Assembly (NCBI GenBank): GCA_046075685.1
Contig: JBJTQP010000224.1
Coordinates: forward strand, 310 to 64,309
DNA: 64,000 nucleotides
Reading direction: 5' to 3'
From: Planctomycetaceae bacterium
GTDB taxonomy: Bacteria; Planctomycetota; Planctomycetia; Pirellulales; UBA1268
In this document: in pieces, positions 46,743 through 54,841 of the stretch
Position numbering within the stretch: the first letter of the stretch is position 1
Layout: every line of letters begins with the position of its first letter
Made by a program: the position numbers and the translations under genes
Notes under the pieces: model-generated
The model's input: the letters and a program-made list of their open reading frames with translations, nothing else
What the model was told of the DNA's origin: nothing
Database searches by the model: none

Positions 46743-47099
46743 ATGCCCACGCTGACCGTTGAAGGAAAAGACTCGTTCCAGGTGCCGGCCGGCAAGCGGC
46801 TGGTCAACGCGCTCGAGGACGAGTGCGGCACCGACCAGCTCCACGCCTGCGGCGGCGTGGCCCGCTGCACGACCTGCCGGGTCGAGTTCGTGGCCGGGGA
46901 GCCGGCGCGGATGACCCAGGCCGAGAAGGACGTGCTCGCGGCCAAGGGCGTGACCACGCCCGGCGTGCGGCTCTCCTGCCAGATCCCCTGTGACGCCGAC
47001 ATGACGGTGCGGCTGATCAGCCGCTTCGAGGGCTCGGGCCGCAAGGACTGCGGCCACCGCTGCGGCGACGCGATCGAGCCGCCGCCCGACTGGGTCTGA
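46743..47099 (+). CDS. [2Fe-2S] ferredoxin
   Basis: The Cys pattern is C-x5-C-x2-C ... C (ACGGVARCTTC ... LSCQI). Track ORF trimmed to MPTLTVEGK. Confidence 0.75.
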   Translation: MPTLTVEGKDSFQVPAGKRLVNALEDECGTDQLHACGGVARCTTCRVEFVAGEPARMTQAEKDVLAAKGVTTPGVRLSCQIPCDADMTVRLISRFEGSGRKDCGHRCGDAIEPPPDWV

Positions 47100-47162
47100 C
47101 GCGGTTGCTGCTGGCTGCATCGGACGTAGCCGGTCGGCCGGCGGTGACGTGCTCGCAGCCGG

Positions 47163-47191
47163 ATTCCGCAGGCTGCAAGCCTGCGGCTACG
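47163..47191. repeat. REP-like palindrome, type A (attccgcaggctgcaagcctgcggctacg)
   Basis: The core is a perfect 9-bp stem, ccgcaggct/agcctgcgg. It lies 64 nt after the ferredoxin stop. Confidence 0.9.
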
Positions 47192-47210
47192 GGAAACACC
47201 TGCCGTCCTG

Positions 47211-47238
47211 CCAGTAGGTGCAGGCTTGCAGCCTGCAC
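47211..47238. repeat. REP-like palindrome, type B (identical to 22536..22563)
   Basis: Direct reading shows 28/28 identity. Confidence 0.95.
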
Positions 47239-47253
47239 CAGAGTGCGGCGCGG

Positions 47254-47277
47254 GTTCCGCAGGCTACAAGCCCACGG
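47254..47277. repeat. Degenerate type A REP-like copy (gttccgcaggctacaagcccacgg)
   Basis: Direct reading. Several substitutions break the stem. Confidence 0.7.
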
Positions 47278-47288
47278 AACGGCCCGCG

Positions 47289-48671
47289 TCACGTCGCGCC
47301 TGCCGCGCCTGCCACGCCGAACAGCCGCTCGACGAGCCCTGCGACCTCGGCCATCGTGACCGCGTTCGCGGAGGTGACGTCGGGCTGCGATGCGATCAGG
47401 ATCGTCTCGCACGGATTCGCCGGATCGACGGCGCCGTGGGAGCCCTTCACGAGCGACGGGTCGAGCGGAATCGCGATCTGCGGCAGCCGCGTGCGGTCGA
47501 GGTGGAGTTCGAGCGGATCGTAGCCGGGCTTGCGGTGGATGTCGATCGTGCGGGCGAAGGTCGGGGCCCGGGCATCGTCGAGCCAGTAACAGTACGTCTG
47601 CCACGAGTCGAGCGTGCTCTCGATCACGAGGTCGCCGCAGCGGCTCTCGTCGCGGGCCTGGCCCGGCGACACGAGCCCGGCGGCGGCCAGTTCGTCGCCG
47701 TGGAGCACGCGGCCCACCCCCGCCCTGCCCCGAAAGAGATCGGCCACCGCCGCCGCGTCGGCCGGGTCGCGGAGAAACACGTGGCCGATCTGGTGGTCGG
47801 CGAGCGTCCAGGCCCGGCTTGCCCCGACATCGAGGATCTCGCCCTCACCCGTCTCGCGCACCGCCAGCAGGCCGGCCTCGCGGAGCACGCGGTTGGGATG
47901 CAGGGCGTGGGCCACCGGCCGGATGGCGTACTCGCCGGCCACGAGGACGGTCAGGTCGTCGCAGCCCACGAGGCCGCCGAAGTCGGCGATCAGCGTGCCG
48001 ATCTCGGCGTCGAGTTCGCCGCAGGCCGCATGCGCCTGCGGGCTGTCGGGGCCGGTTCGCTGGGCGGCGTAATCGAGGTGCGGGAGATAGACGAAGGCGA
48101 GGTGCGGCGGAGCGGGCCGCGACGCCTCCACGAAGCTCCTCGCGATCCACCGCGACGACTCGATCCCGGCGACCGGCCCCCAGAACCTGTGCAGCGGAAA
48201 CTCGCCGAGCGTCTCGCGGAGCGAGGCATAGAGCGGCTCCGGATTCGTATGGCACCACATCGTCTCGCTGCCGTCGGCGTTGTGCGTGGGCGCGGGCAGG
48301 CAGACGAGGTCGGCGGCGGCATGCTTCGACTGCAGCAGGAACCAGGCGGCCGTCCGCACCTCGGGCCGCGTCGCCTTGACCCGCTCCCAGAGCCGCGGCA
48401 CGCGGTGCACCGAATCAGGGCTGATCCACATCTCCAGGTGCTGCGACCGCCGGTCGAAGAGGCCGTTGGCGACGATCCCGTGCGCGGCGGGCGGCGCGCC
48501 GGTGGTGAGCGTGGCCTGCACGGGACAGGTGACCGCGGGAAAGCCGGGGGCGAGCGGCAGGCAGCGGCCCGCAGCGGCGAGGCCGGCGAGCACCGGCATC
48601 CGCGCGAGGTCGACGGCGCGGAGGCCGGGAACCGAAAGCACGAGCACGTGCGGGATGCGGGCGGTGGTCAT
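47289..48671 (-). CDS. Alkaline-phosphatase-superfamily protein, nucleotide pyrophosphatase/phosphodiesterase type (EboF-like)
   Basis: Track ORF trimmed to Met 92 (MTTARIPHVLVLSVPGLR). It has FPAVTCPVQATLTTG (the nucleophile-Thr region of type I phosphodiesterases) and YLPHLDYAAQRTGP. Its ATG overlaps the upstream stop by 4 nt. Confidence 0.7.
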   Translation of the reverse strand: MTTARIPHVLVLSVPGLRAVDLARMPVLAGLAAAGRCLPLAPGFPAVTCPVQATLTTGAPPAAHGIVANGLFDRRSQHLEMWISPDSVHRVPRLWERVKATRPEVRTAAWFLLQSKHAAADLVCLPAPTHNADGSETMWCHTNPEPLYASLRETLGEFPLHRFWGPVAGIESSRWIARSFVEASRPAPPHLAFVYLPHLDYAAQRTGPDSPQAHAACGELDAEIGTLIADFGGLVGCDDLTVLVAGEYAIRPVAHALHPNRVLREAGLLAVRETGEGEILDVGASRAWTLADHQIGHVFLRDPADAAAVADLFRGRAGVGRVLHGDELAAAGLVSPGQARDESRCGDLVIESTLDSWQTYCYWLDDARAPTFARTIDIHRKPGYDPLELHLDRTRLPQIAIPLDPSLVKGSHGAVDPANPCETILIASQPDVTSANAVTMAEVAGLVERLFGVAGAAGAT

Positions 48672-49513
48672 GCGGAGGCTCCGGGAGAGATGAGCGGGGC
48701 AAGCATGCGGGCCGACTCGCGGGCCGTCTCCAGCCAGCGGTGCGCCTGCCGCGGGAGTTCCACGTGCAGGCCGCCGTCGTAATCGGCAGCCGCCAGCGCC
48801 GCGACGGCCGCGGCGAGATCGACGTCGCCGCCGCCCAGCGGCAGGTGCTCGTGGCGGCAGGCGAGCATGTCGTCCACGTGGACGTTGGCGATCATCCCCC
48901 GCCACGGCTGCAGGTGAAGGGCGTACGGCCGTTCGCCCATGCACTCCAGGTGGCCGATGTCCACGGTGAGCCGCAGGTGTCCGGGGCGGCCGAGCCTCTC
49001 GAAGAGCGTGCCCGCCCCTGCGAGCGTGTCGATCACCATCCCGGGCTCTGGCTCACAGGCCACGATCAAGCGGGCGGCGGCGTGGTCGAGGATCGCGGCC
49101 ATGCCGTCCACGAGGCGATTCCACACCGCCTCGAGCGGCGCCGAGTCGCGGCCGACGCCCGACCAGAGCGACACGCCGCCGGCGCCCAGGTCGATCGCGA
49201 TGTCGATCGCCCGGCGCGTGAAGTCGATCCGCCGCGCCCGCGCCGCCGGATCCGCCGACACGAGCGTGGGTTCGTGCTTCACCGCGGGATCGAGGAGGTG
49301 GCGGGCGCCGGTCTCGACCACGCAGTCCATGCCGGCGGCGGCGAGGGCCTTCCGCCAGCGGGCGATCCGGCCGGGAAGATCGGCGGCGAACGGGTCGATC
49401 GTGTGACGATCGAGCGTGATCGCCAGCGACTCGTAGCCCAGATCGCGAAGCATCGGCACGGCGTCGAGCGGATCGACGTCGGCGATCGAGTTGGTGCTGA
49501 AGCCGAGCCGCAT
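48668..49513 (-). CDS. Xylose-isomerase-like TIM-barrel protein (sugar phosphate isomerase/epimerase family; EboE-like)
   Basis: It shows the typical AP_endonuc_2 pattern: MRLGFSTNS ... LGYESL ... VACEPEPG ... LTVDIGH ... HLPLGGGDVD. Confidence 0.7.
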   Translation of the reverse strand: MRLGFSTNSIADVDPLDAVPMLRDLGYESLAITLDRHTIDPFAADLPGRIARWRKALAAAGMDCVVETGARHLLDPAVKHEPTLVSADPAARARRIDFTRRAIDIAIDLGAGGVSLWSGVGRDSAPLEAVWNRLVDGMAAILDHAAARLIVACEPEPGMVIDTLAGAGTLFERLGRPGHLRLTVDIGHLECMGERPYALHLQPWRGMIANVHVDDMLACRHEHLPLGGGDVDLAAAVAALAAADYDGGLHVELPRQAHRWLETARESARMLAPLISPGASA

Positions 49514-49520
49514 GGATGGA

Positions 49521-50438
49521 TCAGGTGGGGGGCACGAGCCGGCGGCCGAGGATGAACCAGGCGACGAGCATGATCACCGCGATCGCCCACCGCTCGCCGC
49601 AGGCGGCGAGCACGAGGACGGCGTCGAGCGTGATGATCGCCATGATCGCATTGCCGACGGCCGCCCGCACCCGGCCGGGCGACGGGTCGGCGACGGCCTG
49701 CCCCGCCCGCACGAGGATCGATCCCGCCAGCAGCCCCCAGCAGGCGAGCCAGGTCGTGGATTCCAGCGTGGCCGTGCGGGTGTGGCCGTCGATCAGCGGC
49801 AGCCACACGAAGCCCGCCGCCGCCCCGAGGCCGAGGGCCATGACCACCGCCCCGACGGCGAGCGTGGCCCGGCGGTTGGTCGCGGCCTCGTCCCGCGCGA
49901 CGATCGTGATGCCGGCCACGTAGACGCTCATGCCGACCGGGATCATCCAGTCCGCCCGCGTCATCGGCCCGCCCGCTGCGGTCATCCCGAGCAGCCAGTT
50001 GAGCCCGCGGCAGGCCCCCATCACCGCCGGCCCGGCGCCGGTCGCCTTGGCGTGGCGGTCGTAGAGCCAGATCGCCGCGGTAAGGGCCGCGCCGACGAGC
50101 GCCGGCCACGGTGAGTTCGCCGCCACGGCCGCGGCGCAGGCGGCCGCGGCACCGACGGCCATCAGCACGCCGCCCACGAGCGCCGCCCGCGGCACCGCGA
50201 TGGCCCCGCTCGGCAGCGGCCGCTCGGGCCGCTCGACGCGATCGAGCTCCACGTCGCAGACGTCGTTGAGCACCATGCCCGCGGCGTAGAAGGCGACCGA
50301 CGCCAGCACGGCGAGCCCGCAGGCGGCCGGCGGCCAGTCGAGCGACGTGAGCCGCGAGACCACGAGAAACCCGGCCAGCGAGTCGGCCGCCGCCGAGGCG
50401 AGGTTCGGCAGCCGCATGAGCCGCGCCCACGCGAGCAT
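49521..50438 (-). CDS. UbiA-family aromatic/lipid prenyltransferase (EboC-like)
   Basis: It is a polytopic membrane protein with the first Asp-rich motif NDVCDVELDRVERPERPLPSG. The start is at MLAWARLMRLPN, 1 nt after the upstream stop. Confidence 0.8.
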   Translation of the reverse strand: MLAWARLMRLPNLASAAADSLAGFLVVSRLTSLDWPPAACGLAVLASVAFYAAGMVLNDVCDVELDRVERPERPLPSGAIAVPRAALVGGVLMAVGAAAACAAAVAANSPWPALVGAALTAAIWLYDRHAKATGAGPAVMGACRGLNWLLGMTAAGGPMTRADWMIPVGMSVYVAGITIVARDEAATNRRATLAVGAVVMALGLGAAAGFVWLPLIDGHTRTATLESTTWLACWGLLAGSILVRAGQAVADPSPGRVRAAVGNAIMAIITLDAVLVLAACGERWAIAVIMLVAWFILGRRLVPPT

Positions 50439-50439
50439 C

Positions 50440-51315
50440 TCAGGCAAGCTCCACGCCGGCGGTGGACGCCACGGCGAGGAGATGCCGCCGCGCCGCACGG
50501 GCCGCGTCGTCGGGCCGGTCGCGATAGGGGTAGAGTTCGACCGTCACCCAGATGTCGGGGGTATGCATGGCGATGGCCTGCAGCGTGGCCGCGAAATCGA
50601 TCGCGCCCTCACCGGGCACGAGGTGGTGATGCACCCGCGTGGCCGCGATGTCCTCGACATGGTAGTGCCGCGTGTGGGCCTTCATCCGCGGCACCCACTC
50701 CGCGGGATCCTCGCCCACGCAGTAGGCGTGGCCGACGTCGAAGTTGAGGCCGAGCGCCGGATGATTCACCCGCTCGGCAAACTCCAGGTACTGCCCGAAC
50801 GTCTCGATCAGCAGCCCCGGCTCCGGCTCGATGAGGAGCGTCACGCCGCAGTCGGCCGCCACGTCGAGCACGGGCATGATTTCGTCGTAGAAGATGGCGG
50901 CTGCCTGCTCCCGGGCCTGCCCCGGCTGAACCTCGCCCCCGGGCTCGGTGGAGATGTGCGGCGCCCCGAGCTCGGCGGCCAGCTTCAAGGCCCGCTTGGT
51001 GTGCTCGCGCCGGATCGCCCGGTAGTGCGGGTCGGGATCGGTCCAGCCTGGATGCCAGTAGGGCTGCCGCGGATCGGCGATCGCGTTCATCATGAACGCG
51101 TTGATGTTCGAGACGACGAGGCCGCTGGCCCCAAGCGCCCGCCGGATCGACTCCTTCTGCACCTCGAGCAGCCCGGCCGGCCACGCATGCGGCACGTCGG
51201 CGAGCAGCTCGATGCCGCCATAGCCGAAGCCGGCGATCCGCGCGATCGCCTGCTCCACCGGCACGTCGAGATACGCATTGGAGCTGAAGGCGAGGCGCAA
51301 AGGCATGACGATCAT
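50440..51315 (-). CDS. Second xylose-isomerase-like TIM-barrel protein
   Basis: The sequence LRLAFSSNAY ... FGYGGIELL ... LLIEPEPG ... LNFDVGHAY ... HLVPGEGAIDF is paralogous in pattern to 48668..49513. Confidence 0.7.
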   Translation of the reverse strand: MIVMPLRLAFSSNAYLDVPVEQAIARIAGFGYGGIELLADVPHAWPAGLLEVQKESIRRALGASGLVVSNINAFMMNAIADPRQPYWHPGWTDPDPHYRAIRREHTKRALKLAAELGAPHISTEPGGEVQPGQAREQAAAIFYDEIMPVLDVAADCGVTLLIEPEPGLLIETFGQYLEFAERVNHPALGLNFDVGHAYCVGEDPAEWVPRMKAHTRHYHVEDIAATRVHHHLVPGEGAIDFAATLQAIAMHTPDIWVTVELYPYRDRPDDAARAARRHLLAVASTAGVELA

Positions 51316-51500
51316 CCGTTGTGTTGGCTAGAAGACTATACCCGCCACTGGCCCACCGCGAACGGCAGCAGCCCGTCGGAGGCACGCGCAGGAGCCGGGG
51401 AGCTGTGTGCCTCGCCGGACGCGCTCGGTGCCGTTTGGGCGGTGAACTCACAAAGCCCCCCGGCGACGAGCATGTCCTCCGACGGGCTGCGGCGCATCGC

Positions 51501-51722
51501 CTACGGCCAGAGCATCACCCGAGTCTCCACCCAGCGGGGCCGCACCGGCAGCCGCTCGAGCTCTGTGTAGACCATCGCCGCCGGATTGACGCCGCGGGAC
51601 TCCATGGCGGCCACGTGTCGCTCGATGACGCGACAGCGGCCGATCCACGGCAAGAACCCGCACCACACGACGGCGAGCCCGGCCACCACCGCCGCCAAGC
51701 GAATCACGCGGCCGGAACTCAC
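51501..51722 (-). CDS. Possible small membrane protein (73 aa)
   Basis: Its GTG start overlaps the stop of the upstream UPF0324 gene (GTGA). It has one hydrophobic helix (VIRLAAVVAGLAVVWCGFLPWI) and GC-rich third positions. No homology is known to me. Confidence 0.35.
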   Translation of the reverse strand: MSSGRVIRLAAVVAGLAVVWCGFLPWIGRCRVIERHVAAMESRGVNPAAMVYTELERLPVRPRWVETRVMLWP

Positions 51723-53113
51723 GGCTCCACCGCCTTCTTGAACAGCCAGCCGAAGGTCAGGCTCGCCATGGCCAGCGTGAGCACGAGGTTGAGGATCTGC
51801 CCGCCGACGTAGAGCACGAGCGGCCGGCCGCTGGAGAGCACCGGGGCCAGTTCACGGATGTTGGTCTGCAGGCCCATGCACACGAAGCTGGCGCAGAACA
51901 GCCAGCCGCGGAGCCGCGACGTGAAGCCCGTGGTGGTGCCGTCAACCCACAGCGCGCCTTCCGGTGAACCGCTGAAGATCCACGAGCAGGCGAGGGATGC
52001 GGCCAGGAAGCCGAGGATGAATCGCGGAAACCTGGCCCAGGCCTCGGCGACGAGCGACCTCTCCCGCGGCCCGGCGGAGCGGTCCACCCAGCCGGCCCAG
52101 TAGACCGCGACCGCGAAGGCGATGATCCCGATCATCGAGTTCTGGATCATCTTCACCGTGGCCGCCACCTCGCCGGCCTCCTTGCCGAGCGACTCGCCGG
52201 CGGCGACCACCGCCCCCGTGGCGTCGATCGTGCCGCCGATCCAGGCTCCGCCCAGGATCGGGTCGAGCCCCAGCCACTCGATCGCGGGCGGCATGACCAC
52301 CATCATGATCACGGTGAAGAAGAGCGACAGGCCGATCGCCAGCGAGAGTTCCTCCTTCTTCGCCCGGCAGGCGGCCCCGGTGGCGATCGCGGCGGAGACG
52401 CCGCAGACCGACATGTCGGCCGACACCACCATGCACAGCGGCTTCGACGGGATCCCGAGCACGTGCACGCCGCACCAGTAGGTCGTGACCAGGACGATCG
52501 GCGTCACGACCCAGGCCGTGAGGAAGCCCGGCAGGCCCAGCTCGAGAAGCCGGCCGAAGAGCACCTCGGCCCCGAAGACCACGAGGCCCGTCTTGATGAG
52601 GAACTCTCCCGCCAGCGCCCGCTCCAGCCACGGCGGCACCCCGACCACGTTGCCGAGCAGGATCCCGATCAGGAGGGCCCACAGTGGATACTCGAGGTTG
52701 TAGAAGTGGATCACCTTCTGCGCGGAGAGCAGGTACGCCGCGCCGGCGAGTGCGGCCAGCGCGACCGCCCCCGGCAGCATCCGGGCCGCCGGCCGGCCGC
52801 CGAGCGCCGCCCCGGCGACCGCCACGGCCACCACCCACGCCCCGCCGAGCACGATCGGCACCACGACGGCCTCGCCCTGCCTGTCGCGAAACGCCGCCAG
52901 CGGCGAATCGGCCCAGGTCTGCGGCTTGTCGATCGTGCGGGCCAGTGGCGTGGGCCAGCCCTTCGGCCACCGCTGGCGGCTCCCCGCCGCCTCGTCCGGG
53001 CGGGCAGACCAGGTCGCGGCGAGACCGCAGGCCACGAGCGCCAGGCCCACGATCGTCGCCACCACGTCCTCGTGCAGGCCGGATTGCCGCGTGGATGATT
53101 TCGGCGTCGTCAT
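51719..53113 (-). CDS. UPF0324 / YeiH-family membrane protein (putative sulfate-exporter-family transporter)
   Basis: Track ORF trimmed to Met 259 (MTTPKSS). It is polytopic, with CMVVSADMSVCGVSAAIATGAA and GGAWIGGTIDATGAVVAAG, which are characteristic of the family. Confidence 0.7.
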   Translation of the reverse strand: MTTPKSSTRQSGLHEDVVATIVGLALVACGLAATWSARPDEAAGSRQRWPKGWPTPLARTIDKPQTWADSPLAAFRDRQGEAVVVPIVLGGAWVVAVAVAGAALGGRPAARMLPGAVALAALAGAAYLLSAQKVIHFYNLEYPLWALLIGILLGNVVGVPPWLERALAGEFLIKTGLVVFGAEVLFGRLLELGLPGFLTAWVVTPIVLVTTYWCGVHVLGIPSKPLCMVVSADMSVCGVSAAIATGAACRAKKEELSLAIGLSLFFTVIMMVVMPPAIEWLGLDPILGGAWIGGTIDATGAVVAAGESLGKEAGEVAATVKMIQNSMIGIIAFAVAVYWAGWVDRSAGPRERSLVAEAWARFPRFILGFLAASLACSWIFSGSPEGALWVDGTTTGFTSRLRGWLFCASFVCMGLQTNIRELAPVLSSGRPLVLYVGGQILNLVLTLAMASLTFGWLFKKAVEP

Positions 53114-53154
53114 GGTCGTCAGTCGTGCCTTCCCGCCCCGCGTGCCGCCCCGGT

Positions 53155-53973
53155 TCAACTCGAGGCCGAACGATACCGGGCCAGCGCCCGCTGAAACACG
53201 ATCCGCGACACCACGAGCGCCGCGATCGCGGCACTCACGGCGGCGGCCACGCCCCCCCACGACTCGCCCGTGAACGGCTGGGCGATCACGCGGGCCGGCA
53301 CGTTGACGACCAGCAGGATCGGGATCACGAACGTGCAGATCGTCCGCAGCGGTCCGCCCCACGGACCGGCGTAGATCTCGGCGGGGTAGCGGGAGAAGTT
53401 CGTGAGGTAGAACCAGAAGTCGTAGAGGCTCTGGTTGCGGCCCATCAGGATCGTGGCGGCGGCGAGCATGATCACCAGGCCGTAGAGGATCGCCACGCCG
53501 CAGAGCAGCAGCAGCGGATAGAGCAGCCAGGCCACCGGCGGCGGCGCGTGCTCCATCCGCCCCAGCGACCAGGCGAGCAGGCCCACGCCCACGAGGCCGT
53601 TGGCCAGCGACGAGAAATCGACCCGGTGCAGCGAGAGCAGGAACTGGGCGTCGAGGGGCTGCACGAGCACGGCGTCGAGGCCGCCGGTGCGGACGAGCTC
53701 CGTGAGCTCCTCCGCGCTCGGCATGAAGAAGGCCTGCACGATCGAGTTGATGATCAGCCCCGTGGCCACGAACGCGAAGAACGGCGCCTTCGACCAGCCG
53801 CTCCCCTTGCCGATCTCGGACGTGTAGGTGAACACGAGCAGGTAGAAGGCGAGGTTCATCGACATCCAGCCGAGGCTCGTGAGGCACTCGAGGATGAAGT
53901 TCGCCCGGAAGGTCATGTCGCGGACGAGGCAGGCCCGGGCGAACGTCAGGAAGATGGCGAGGTAGCGGTGCAC
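53155..53973 (-). CDS. ABC-2 family transporter permease (ABC2_membrane_6-like)
   Basis: It starts MHRYLAIFLTFARACLVRDMTFRANF and has six hydrophobic segments. It is paired with a paralogue and an ABC ATPase. Confidence 0.7.
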   Translation of the reverse strand: MHRYLAIFLTFARACLVRDMTFRANFILECLTSLGWMSMNLAFYLLVFTYTSEIGKGSGWSKAPFFAFVATGLIINSIVQAFFMPSAEELTELVRTGGLDAVLVQPLDAQFLLSLHRVDFSSLANGLVGVGLLAWSLGRMEHAPPPVAWLLYPLLLLCGVAILYGLVIMLAAATILMGRNQSLYDFWFYLTNFSRYPAEIYAGPWGGPLRTICTFVIPILLVVNVPARVIAQPFTGESWGGVAAAVSAAIAALVVSRIVFQRALARYRSASS

Positions 53974-53974
53974 G

Positions 53975-54841
53975 TCAGCCTCCGAAGCCGCTGTACCGCC
54001 GGGTGCCCCGCCACCAGGCGACGCGGCAGGCGACCGCCATCACCACCACCCAGCCGGCCTCGATCGCCAGCGCGGCGGCGAGATCGGCCCCCTGCACCTT
54101 GCCGAGCCAGATCGCCGACGAGAAGTAGGCGGTGTATTCGAAGGGCAGCCAGTGGACGACGTCGGCGAGCGTGGCGGGGCCCACGGGCACCGTGCGGAGC
54201 AGGTCGATCGGGAACATGTGGCCCGAGAGCAGGTACTGCACGAGCATGTAGCCGAACACGATGCTCGACACCTCCATGAACCAGAAGCCGAGCATCCCCA
54301 GCGCCGCCTCCATGAAGAAGCCGAGCAGGAACGAGAGCACGAGCGAGAGCAGGAAGGCGGCGATCGTGACGGCGTCGGGAACAGGCGGGAAGTAGCCGCG
54401 ACAGAGAAAGAACACGAGGGCGAACGGGAGCGCGGCCACGGCATAGTAGACGAGCTTGTGGGCCACGCGGGCGGCCAGCAGGAACGAGACGTAGTCGACC
54501 GGCTGGATGAGGAACTTCTTCACCGAGCCGTCGCGGACGCTGCGGGCGATGCCGCCCGCGAGCCCCGGCATGCTCGAGAAGGCGCGGGTGAGCATGGTGA
54601 GCAGGTAGTAGGCCACGATGTCGTTCCGCGAGTAGCCGGCGATGTCGCCCCGGCTGGTCGCGGAGAACACGGCCGTCCAGAGGAAGACCTGCGTGACGAT
54701 CGGCAGGAACCGCATCAGGGTGCCGAGCGCGAAGTCGCCCCGGTAGACGAGCCGCTCCTCGAGGCAGATCCTCAGCATCGTCCACCACGTCCGCAGCCCC
54801 TGCAGCGGCCGGGAGGCCGCGGGTGTGCCGGCAGCGGTCAT
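53975..54841 (-). CDS. ABC-2 family transporter permease (paralogue)
   Basis: Track ORF trimmed to Met 370 (MTAAGTP ... LRICLEERLVYRGDF). Its ATG overlaps the ATPase stop by 4 nt. Confidence 0.7.
   Translation of the reverse strand: MTAAGTPAASRPLQGLRTWWTMLRICLEERLVYRGDFALGTLMRFLPIVTQVFLWTAVFSATSRGDIAGYSRNDIVAYYLLTMLTRAFSSMPGLAGGIARSVRDGSVKKFLIQPVDYVSFLLAARVAHKLVYYAVAALPFALVFFLCRGYFPPVPDAVTIAAFLLSLVLSFLLGFFMEAALGMLGFWFMEVSSIVFGYMLVQYLLSGHMFPIDLLRTVPVGPATLADVVHWLPFEYTAYFSSAIWLGKVQGADLAAALAIEAGWVVVMAVACRVAWWRGTRRYSGFGG

Noticed and set aside
44027-47044. 1005-aa minus-strand ORF
   Set aside because: It is antisense to the coiled-coil, DUF1080-ThuA and ferredoxin genes. It has no motifs and shows the compositional signature of an antisense frame.
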